Below, one piece after another: positions 57,253 through 64,000 of a stretch of 64,000 bases of DNA; positions within the stretch are counted from its first letter, which is position 1; each line of letters begins with the position of its first letter. Position numbers and translations under genes: made by a program. This stretch comes from an uncultured virus (IMG/VR IMGVR_UViG_3300032093_000084) (lineage: Duplodnaviria; Heunggongvirae; Uroviricota; Caudoviricetes), in IMG/VR virus record IMGVR_UViG_3300032093_000084. One strand, written 5' to 3'. Below the pieces are notes generated by a model, which had not been told where the DNA came from, searched no databases, and was given only the letters and a program-made list of their open reading frames with translations.

Positions 57253-58101
57253 ATGACTAAATTGAAACATTCGAAATATAAGAACACTGGCATTCTTTTT
57301 GAACTGTTAGTTAGAAAATTAACATCAGAAACATTATCTTCAGATAAATCAGTTACTATTGATATAATTAAAAAATACTTCGGTAAAAATACAGAACTAG
57401 CTAAAGAATTACAATTATATAATTCTTTATTAAAAGAACAATTCCGCAGCGAAGCTCAAGCATTAGATTATATTCGTACTATTAAATCAACTCATAACAA
57501 ATTGAATCATTCTTTACTAAGACGTCAGCGATATAATTTAGTTAAAGAAATTTCAGAAAAATTTATTTTTGCAAATATGGCTAAAGCTCATATTAACAAT
57601 TATAAAAGTTTAGCTTCAATTTATATGATTTTTGAATATGACGAATCTTCTAATCCTAAACAATTATTAGAATGTAAAAATGTAATCATTAAAAATAATA
57701 TGATGGTTGAAAAACGAGTTGAAATAAAAGATCCACTCATTGAAGCATTTGAATCACAGCCAAAAGATATTAGATTATTAACATATAAATTAATGATTGA
57801 TAAATTCAATGATAAGTATTCCGTTTTAGACGAATCACAAAAACGTTTATTGAATAAATATATTATTAATGTTAATGATACTGAAGCATTAAAAGAATAT
57901 ATTGAAAAGATTATTCCTCAAATTAAAAATGAATTATCGATTCAAGCAAAAGTAATCTCTGATAAAGCAACACAAATTAAAGTTCAAAAACTTTCAGAAA
58001 TGCTTTGTACTGTTGAAAATATGAAAACAATTAAAGAATCTCACGTACTTTCATTATTACGTTATTTTGATTTAATTAAAGAATTGAAAGGTTTGCATTA
58101 A
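57253..58101 (+). CDS. Head-module hypothetical protein
   Basis: KHSKYKNTGILFELL; between portal and protease. Confidence 0.75.
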   Translation: MTKLKHSKYKNTGILFELLVRKLTSETLSSDKSVTIDIIKKYFGKNTELAKELQLYNSLLKEQFRSEAQALDYIRTIKSTHNKLNHSLLRRQRYNLVKEISEKFIFANMAKAHINNYKSLASIYMIFEYDESSNPKQLLECKNVIIKNNMMVEKRVEIKDPLIEAFESQPKDIRLLTYKLMIDKFNDKYSVLDESQKRLLNKYIINVNDTEALKEYIEKIIPQIKNELSIQAKVISDKATQIKVQKLSEMLCTVENMKTIKESHVLSLLRYFDLIKELKGLH

Positions 58102-58568
58102 TGAGATCGCTTTTGAAAGAAATGGAAGAAAAATTCATAGAAATTGAAGAAGAATTAGCATCTGAAGAACAAGATTCTGATTTAGAAGAACAAAATGTAA
58201 CTAGTGCAATAGCTGGTTATAATACTCCAAAAGCCTTTGCAAAGAAACCTAATAAAAAAACTGCAGAACAATTGGGTTATAAAATAGTTCAAGAAGCAAT
58301 GGATGAAAAATATGAAAAGCTAATAGAAAGCTATAGCGATTTTAAAAAAATTGGAGATAAAAAACCTTCGATGCATATTAAAGATTCTATCAGAGAGATT
58401 GCTAAAAAATTACAAGAAATTGAAACAATTGTAAATCATACATCAAAATATAAGAATGAATCTGGTATTGCATCTTCACAATACGGTCCAGCTGCAGGAA
58501 AAGCAATGACAAAAATTGCCGAACGATTAACTAGAATATCAGAACGTGTAAGAGCATTAGGGGAGTAA
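58101..58568 (+). CDS. Putative prohead core protein
   Basis: Acidic N-terminus with LxE sites, GYNTPKAF. Confidence 0.6.
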   Translation: MRSLLKEMEEKFIEIEEELASEEQDSDLEEQNVTSAIAGYNTPKAFAKKPNKKTAEQLGYKIVQEAMDEKYEKLIESYSDFKKIGDKKPSMHIKDSIREIAKKLQEIETIVNHTSKYKNESGIASSQYGPAAGKAMTKIAERLTRISERVRALGE

Positions 58569-58569
58569 T

Positions 58570-59202
58570 ATGTCAAAGAATTTAATTGTAGAATACATAC
58601 CATTTAAGCCAGTTGGTTCATTAACTGAGCAAAGTGGTGCTGCATATGGAATTCCAGGCGGCTTTGTTGTTCAAGGAGTTTTACAGAGAGCTGGCGCAAA
58701 AAATCAAAACGGACGAGTATATCCTAAACATATTCTAGAAAGAGAGTGCCAACGTTATCAAAAAGAATATATTGATCAACATCGTGCATTAGGCGAATTA
58801 GATCACCCAGAATCATCAATTGTTAACTTAAATAATGTTTCGCATAATGTTTTAAAAATTTGGTGGAATGGTGATGATTTATTAGGAGCTGTTCAAATTT
58901 TAGAAACACCATCTGGCAAGATTTTAAAAGAATTATTTAAAGCGGGTATTACATTAGGTATTTCGTCTCGAGGTTTAGGATCAGTCAAAGAATTACGTAG
59001 TGAAGGCGTAGTCGAAGTTCAAGAAGATTTTGAATTAATATGTTGGGACTTCGTTTCTAATCCTTCTACACATGGGGCTTTTATGCGGCCTACGAGCATG
59101 AATGAATCTGCGAATAAAAGTATTCAATTAAATAAATATAATAAAGTAAACGACATCATTACATCAATTTTATGCGAAGATGGTAAATGTAGGATAATAT
59201 AA
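58570..59202 (+). CDS. Prohead protease (gp21-like)
   Basis: NQNGRVYP, GELDHP, VSH, TPSGKIL, GISSRGLG, DFVSNPS. Confidence 0.95.
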   Translation: MSKNLIVEYIPFKPVGSLTEQSGAAYGIPGGFVVQGVLQRAGAKNQNGRVYPKHILERECQRYQKEYIDQHRALGELDHPESSIVNLNNVSHNVLKIWWNGDDLLGAVQILETPSGKILKELFKAGITLGISSRGLGSVKELRSEGVVEVQEDFELICWDFVSNPSTHGAFMRPTSMNESANKSIQLNKYNKVNDIITSILCEDGKCRII

Positions 59203-59579
59203 TGAGAACACCAAATTTAAAATTTATTCTAGAAACAATATTAGAAGACCAGCCTCAGCCGATGTCTAAAGAAGAAAAACAAGATTTTGTTGAAACGGTA
59301 AAAAACTTTTCAGCATTAGGTAATTCTGTATATGGCAAGGGTGATATAGAAGAAATCGTTGAACGTGTTAAAACAATTGTTGAACGAGCAGAACGCATCA
59401 TGACAGAAAGTGATGATTGGATGACAAATGTTGCACATAAAAAAGGCAATAAAAGAATGCATGAAGATTATCGCGATTTTGAACAGGCAGCTCGTGAATT
59501 GAAAGAAGCTCAAGAACGAATGGCACTTGCATATGAAAATATTGGACAACATTTAAATCGTTATTTTGAAGTTGGATAA
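59202..59579 (+). CDS. Head-module hypothetical protein
   Basis: LKFILE leader; coiled coil; YE.IG..LNRYFE. Confidence 0.7.
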   Translation: MRTPNLKFILETILEDQPQPMSKEEKQDFVETVKNFSALGNSVYGKGDIEEIVERVKTIVERAERIMTESDDWMTNVAHKKGNKRMHEDYRDFEQAARELKEAQERMALAYENIGQHLNRYFEVG

Positions 59580-59580
59580 T

Positions 59581-59609
59581 TTGGATAATTAATATATTAT
59601 TATTATAAT
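59581..59609 (+). promoter_or_regulatory. Middle-type promoter upstream of bS21 unit
   Basis: TTGGAT-17nt-TATAAT. Confidence 0.55.
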
Positions 59610-59618
59610 ATAGGTAGA

Positions 59619-60095
59619 ATGATGAATACCATAAAAAAATTATATAAAGAATTTTTTGGTTTAAATGAAGAAACAATGCCGATTCCTAAAATTGGCGACG
59701 CAGACATTGAGCAGCTAGAAAAATACAATGATGTTTTAAAACAAATAAAACAAACAATGGCTGAAGAAGAAAATATCGACGAAGCTCAGTTAATTAATCA
59801 TATTTACGATTATCGAGGCGGCGTTGAGTATGTGTTACGAGATCCATCTCAAGCTAAAGATGTTGCTGCACAAATTCAAGAATGGACAACTAAAAAAGGA
59901 TTTACAGTAGTTAAACATACTTTATCAAAATCAGGTAAAATAGGTTATTTCTACTTTAGATTAGGAGAAGACCCAGAACGAGAAGCACAACGCATTCAAG
60001 GTTATTTTTCTTCGAAGATAGAAATTAAATTTTTCCGTTTTAAAGTTAAAGAAGAACAAACGCCACAAAGAACAATCGCACAATCAAAAATTTAA
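59619..60095 (+). CDS. Hypothetical protein
   Basis: 158 aa directly upstream of bS21. Confidence 0.7.
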   Translation: MMNTIKKLYKEFFGLNEETMPIPKIGDADIEQLEKYNDVLKQIKQTMAEEENIDEAQLINHIYDYRGGVEYVLRDPSQAKDVAAQIQEWTTKKGFTVVKHTLSKSGKIGYFYFRLGEDPEREAQRIQGYFSSKIEIKFFRFKVKEEQTPQRTIAQSKI

Positions 60096-60104
60096 ATTAG
60101 TTAT

Positions 60105-60350
60105 ATGAATAAAAAACAAAAACAACACCAAACTACGGTAGCAGGAAATCCATTAGCAGTTAATGTAATTGGTTCTGCAAGAGAAGATTTAGCATTTGCA
60201 TTGAAAGCTTGGAAACGTAAAGTAAAAGCATCAGGTATTTTAGAACGAGTTAAAGATCTCAAAGAATTTGAAAAACCTAGTGTAACAAAACGAAAACAAC
60301 TTCAAGCAGCACAATTTATTCAAAAAATTAGAAGTGCAAATCAAGATTAA
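60105..60350 (+). CDS. rpsU: Phage-encoded ribosomal protein bS21
   Basis: DL..ALK.WKRK...SGIL..VK....FEKPSVTKR S21 signature. Confidence 0.85.
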   Translation: MNKKQKQHQTTVAGNPLAVNVIGSAREDLAFALKAWKRKVKASGILERVKDLKEFEKPSVTKRKQLQAAQFIQKIRSANQD

Positions 60351-60372
60351 TTAAAATTTTTATATAAAGTAT

Positions 60373-60403
60373 AAGCCTTAACAAAAAAAGTTAGGGCTTT
60401 TTT
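60373..60403 (+). terminator. Intrinsic terminator after bS21
   Basis: AAGCCTTAAC-A-run-GTTAGGGCTT then T-run. Confidence 0.75.
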
Positions 60404-60424
60404 ACTGTTTTTTAAAACATGCTC

Positions 60425-60432
60425 ATATTTAT
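60425..60432 (+). promoter_or_regulatory. Late promoter for scaffold-capsid operon
   Basis: ATATTTAT followed by about 100-nt structured leader and AAGGAG. Confidence 0.7.
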
Positions 60433-60534
60433 TTGTAAATACGCTATCTCTTATATAGTGTCTAGTATTTATAAACTTTCTATTAAGATTCATAATAATC
60501 TTATTTCCAAAACAAAAATTTAAGGAGAAAAACG

Positions 60535-61566
60535 ATGGCAAAATCAGACTTGCTAAAAGAAGCAATCGCTGACGCAAAAGCTGTTAAAGAAACTGCTTTA
60601 GCTAACGCTAAAATTGCTTTACAAGAAGCTTTTTATCCTAGAATTCAAAGCCAAATCGCTGCAAAGCTAGCTGAAGAATTAGAGGATGAAGAAGAAGTTG
60701 ATGTTACTGCCGATGCAGGTATGGAACCAGAAATGGGAGATATGCCAGCTGAAGAACCAGTAGCTGACGACAACACAGCAGGCCTTGATGTTGGTGATTT
60801 ATCAATCGATGTTGATCAAGACGGAGAATTTGATGAATTTGATATCATGGCACGCGACGGAGAAATGGGTGCAGCTGCACCAGGTGAAGAAGAGGTGATG
60901 AGTGATGAAGAAATGAATGATGAATTCAATGAAGAACTTAACCTTGAAGCAATTATTCGCGAATTAGAAGAAGACTTAAATGCTGAAACCGACGCAGAGG
61001 AAAAAGTAATTGAAGGTATGTATTCAGAAACAGACGAAGATCCATCAGATGAGCATTCGAAAGATATGATGGCAACTGAATCGATTGATGAAATTATCGA
61101 AGCTATTCTTCGCGAAGAAGAAGAAGGTATGATGGGTCATAAACATGATGATGCGGGAGATGCACCAGTTGAAGAAGGAGAATATCCAGAAAAAGAAAAA
61201 ATGGAAATGGAACTTCAAGAAGCATATGCAACGGTTAAGCAACTTCAAGGAATTCTGTCAGAAGTAAATCTTCTTAACGCAAAACTTCTTTACACAAACA
61301 AATTGTTCCGCAATTTTGAATTATCTGAAAATCAAAAAATGAAAGTAATTGAAAACTTTGATCGTGCAGGTAATACAAGAGAAGTAAAATTAGTATTTAC
61401 AACATTAGCTGAGTCTTTCAGTCGTCCGACTAAAAAACGTGTAGTTAAAGAATCATATGCTAGCAAACCAGCTGCATCAACAGCTCCTAGCAAAGAAACA
61501 ACACAAGTATTGTCAGAAGGATTTGAATTGGCAAATCGCTGGAAAAAATTAGCAGGATTGCTATAA
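60535..61566 (+). CDS. Prohead scaffolding protein (gp22-like)
   Basis: Highly acidic, LLKEAIADAK, EVNLLNAKLLY, directly upstream of MCP. Confidence 0.85.
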   Translation: MAKSDLLKEAIADAKAVKETALANAKIALQEAFYPRIQSQIAAKLAEELEDEEEVDVTADAGMEPEMGDMPAEEPVADDNTAGLDVGDLSIDVDQDGEFDEFDIMARDGEMGAAAPGEEEVMSDEEMNDEFNEELNLEAIIRELEEDLNAETDAEEKVIEGMYSETDEDPSDEHSKDMMATESIDEIIEAILREEEEGMMGHKHDDAGDAPVEEGEYPEKEKMEMELQEAYATVKQLQGILSEVNLLNAKLLYTNKLFRNFELSENQKMKVIENFDRAGNTREVKLVFTTLAESFSRPTKKRVVKESYASKPAASTAPSKETTQVLSEGFELANRWKKLAGLL

Positions 61567-61587
61567 CATTAAAAAAAAAGGAAAATC

Positions 61588-63234
61588 GTGAGTATTTCAA
61601 ATTTATTACAAACAAACGATTTCGTACAACGCAACCAAGCTAAAGCGTTGGCATCGAAATGGGAAAAGACCGGTCTATTAGAAGGTCTTCGTGGCGAAAC
61701 CGAAAAAGCAGGTATGGCCCAATTGCTTGAGAACCAAGCACGTCAATTAGTAAAAGAAGCTTCTTCAACTGGTACATCAGCTGGTTCAGAAGAGTGGGCA
61801 GGTGTAGCTCTTCCATTGGTACGTCGTATCTTTGCTGAGTTTGCTGCTAAAGAATTCGTTTCAGTTCAACCAATGAACTTGCCATCAGGTCTTATTTTTT
61901 ACTTAGACTTTAAATATGGTACAGCTCAACCAGGATTTGACGCTGACAATCTTAACCGTACAGGTGATCCATTTGGTTCTCCAAATGCTGATGATTCAAT
62001 GTTTGGTGTAACAACAACTTCAGGTGATCCATCGGGTGGTCTTTATGGTGCAGGTCGTTTTGGTTATTCAATCAACGAAACAGCTAGCATTGTTTCTGCA
62101 GCAACTGGTTCTCAACCAACAGCCGCACAAGTAAATGGTGATTCTACATATTCTGGTTCATCTGATTATAAAATGATAACAGTAAATGTACCTACGGAAG
62201 CAGATTTATATGCAGTTCGTTCATTTATTCTTCGTTCTGGTTCAGCTCAAACTAATATCGTACCAGTTCAAGCATTTTCATCAATTGACAGCAATTACAC
62301 TGCATCATTTGTTGTAACAACTACTCAAGCAGCTGCAATTTCATCTTCAATTGGTGCTGGTAATTTGCGTTTAGTATATAGCAAACAACCAACTGATATT
62401 ACACGTGGTGATTTTGAAGACAACAAAGGTGCATTCTCTAACGGATACAATACTGATATTGATATTCCAGAAATTAACCTTGAAATGCAATCTGAGCCAA
62501 TCGTTGCTAAGACTCGTAAGTTGAAAGCAGTTTGGACTCCTGAATTTGCTCAAGACTTAAATGCATACCATTCAATTGATGCTGAAGCTGAATTGACTTC
62601 AATGTTGTCTGAGTATGTATCTATGGAGATCGACTTAGAGATCTTAGATATGTTGATTGCAGCAGCTCCTACAACTGAGTATTGGTCAGCTCGTAACAAT
62701 ACAATTTGGAATGGTACTTCATTTACAACTTTAGCAGCTGGTACAGCTACTCCAGGATTAGGTGATGGATTCTACAACACTCAAGGTGGTTGGTTCCAAA
62801 CTTTAGGTACTAAACTTCAAAAAGTATCTAATAAAATTCACCAAAAAACATTGCGTGGCGGTGCTAACTTCTTAGTAACATCTCCTGCAGTTGCAACTAT
62901 CCTTGAGTCTATCCCAGGATTTGCTGCTGACACAGATGGTACTAAAATGGAATTTGCGGCAGGTGTACAAAAAATTGGTTCAATCAATAACCGTTACACT
63001 GTATACAAAAACCCATACATGTTAGAAAACGTAATCTTAATGGGATTCCGTGGTGCACAGTTCCTTGAAACAGGTGCTGTATTTAGCCCTTATATTCCTT
63101 TGATTATGACACCGCTTGTATATGATCCGATTAACTTCACTCCACGTAAAGGTGTTATGACACGTTACGCGAAGAAAGTAGTTCGTCCAGAATTCTACGG
63201 AAAAGTATACGTACACGGTCTTAACACTCTTTAA
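61588..63234 (+). CDS. Major capsid protein (gp23-like)
   Basis: KW...GLLEG, LLENQ, PLVRR, VQPMNLPSGLIF, AKTRKLKA.WT.E.AQDL...H..DAE.EL, TRY; GTG start. Confidence 0.96.
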   Translation: MSISNLLQTNDFVQRNQAKALASKWEKTGLLEGLRGETEKAGMAQLLENQARQLVKEASSTGTSAGSEEWAGVALPLVRRIFAEFAAKEFVSVQPMNLPSGLIFYLDFKYGTAQPGFDADNLNRTGDPFGSPNADDSMFGVTTTSGDPSGGLYGAGRFGYSINETASIVSAATGSQPTAAQVNGDSTYSGSSDYKMITVNVPTEADLYAVRSFILRSGSAQTNIVPVQAFSSIDSNYTASFVVTTTQAAAISSSIGAGNLRLVYSKQPTDITRGDFEDNKGAFSNGYNTDIDIPEINLEMQSEPIVAKTRKLKAVWTPEFAQDLNAYHSIDAEAELTSMLSEYVSMEIDLEILDMLIAAAPTTEYWSARNNTIWNGTSFTTLAAGTATPGLGDGFYNTQGGWFQTLGTKLQKVSNKIHQKTLRGGANFLVTSPAVATILESIPGFAADTDGTKMEFAAGVQKIGSINNRYTVYKNPYMLENVILMGFRGAQFLETGAVFSPYIPLIMTPLVYDPINFTPRKGVMTRYAKKVVRPEFYGKVYVHGLNTL

Positions 63235-63283
63235 TCGTTAATTTGATTTAATCATTTAACCAATTAATTAGTTAAGGTAAAAT

Positions 63284-63313
63284 AAGAGAGGGTGGCTTCG
63301 GTCACCCTTTCTT
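63284..63313 (+). terminator. Terminator after major capsid gene
   Basis: AAGAGAGGGTGGC-TTCG-GTCACCCTTTCTT. Confidence 0.85.
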
Positions 63314-63345
63314 ACTATTCGAATATTTATATTAAAATAAAGATC

Positions 63346-63621
63346 ATGGCAGTAGAAAGACACAAATATTCAATGCAAGCGATAATCAGATATGATGGTC
63401 GTTTAGTAGATGTTCTAGATCGTATACGAGCTATACGTTTAGTATTAATGGTACATATCGAACAAGACTTAGGCCCAGATAAAGAATTAGTTACTATTAA
63501 AGTGATGACTGCATATCCTCCTAGAGAAACATATCATGCAATTAGAAAAATAGGTTTAGGAAAAATAGAAACCCTTAAAGATATGACGCTTCAAGAATCT
63601 ACACTTACAAAATTGTTTTAA
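63346..63621 (+). CDS. Hypothetical late protein; start reassigned from 63292
   Basis: ATG after ATATTTAT at 63323. Confidence 0.7.
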   Translation: MAVERHKYSMQAIIRYDGRLVDVLDRIRAIRLVLMVHIEQDLGPDKELVTIKVMTAYPPRETYHAIRKIGLGKIETLKDMTLQESTLTKLF

Positions 63622-63637
63622 ATTAATTAAGGTTGTT

Positions 63638-64000
63638 ATGGCTACACAAAATCGGGAAAAAACTCCACCGAAAACTGATATTAAGTTTTCAATTACACTA
63701 TCAGAAGAACAAAAACAAGCAAAAGCAAAAATTATAGAAACCCCATTTAATTTTATTCTAGGAAAAGCGGGTTCGGGTAAAACATTATTAGCAGTTCAAA
63801 TTGCGTTAGATATGTTTTTTAAAAGACAAATCAATAAGATTATTATAACAAGACCCACTGTATCAAATGAAGATAACGGATTTCTTCCTGGTTCATTGGC
63901 AGAAAAAATGGATCCGTGGTTAGTTCCTTTACGTAGTAATATGCGTAAAGTATATAATAAACCAGAGATTCTAGATAAAATGGAAAAAGAAGAAAATATT
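63638..64000 (+). CDS. phoH: PhoH-like ATPase (partial, runs off window)
   Basis: LSEEQ, GKAGSGKT, IIITRP, GFLPG..EKMDPW. Confidence 0.92.
   Translation, partial: MATQNREKTPPKTDIKFSITLSEEQKQAKAKIIETPFNFILGKAGSGKTLLAVQIALDMFFKRQINKIIITRPTVSNEDNGFLPGSLAEKMDPWLVPLRSNMRKVYNKPEILDKMEKEENI

Noticed and set aside
409..62553. Numerous short antisense ORFs in the track (e.g. 409-768, 29661-30044, 54333-54701)
   Set aside because: They overlap well-supported genes on the opposite strand and lack promoters or start motifs
53742..63234. Introns or inteins in terminase, portal or capsid genes
   Set aside because: ORFs are continuous, of normal length, and show no splicing or homing-endonuclease motifs
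6370..63330. ATATTTAT sites as antisense T4-type TATAAATA promoters
   Set aside because: Orientation flips with the downstream gene on minus-strand genes, so the sense reading is ATATTTAT
1..64000. Stop-codon reassignment
   Set aside because: Core genes are full length in code 11, and TAA, TAG and TGA all end genes at sensible positions

Overview
A 64-kb segment of a large T4-like (myovirus-type) phage genome in the standard genetic code, with no tRNA, rRNA or CRISPR array seen. The host is very probably a Bacteroidota bacterium: the early promoters carry a TAnnTTTA element, and the sigma-70, DUF4494-like, Hc1-like and bS21 proteins look Bacteroidetes-type. (1) 1-6060 is a GC-richer early region of small genes, a sigma-70 factor and an AAA ATPase. 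It is driven by nine near-identical promoters and ends in a G/C-run hairpin island. (2) 6.4-21.7 kb holds many small or accessory genes. Many share N-terminal leaders ending in Glu (MIxLKxLLxE or LAENMRRF..KNLxE) that resemble T4 capsid-targeting sequences. The cargo includes a GH19-like lysin and OmpA-like, LysM and annexin-like proteins. (3) 21.7-26 kb carries UvsE, an HD protein and a gp55-like late sigma factor. (4) 26-49 kb is baseplate and tail genes, interrupted by a leader-tagged mini-kinase, an endonuclease I-like resolvase, primase and a fused Mre11-Rad50. (5) 49-64 kb has a nucleotidyltransferase/ligase-like fusion, terminase, portal, prohead protease, ribosomal protein bS21, scaffold, major capsid protein and a partial PhoH. 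Three promoter classes are readable (TAGGWW-17-TAnnTTTA, TTGRWW-16/17-TATWWT, ATATTTAT). Start contexts switch from AGAG(A/T)T-ATG in early genes to AAGG SD-like sites in late genes. The most interesting candidates are a leader-addressed, protease-matured virion cargo system, hairpins antisense to the early translation-start motif, and the G/C hairpin island at the early/late boundary. All family assignments are by eye from motifs; no database search was run.
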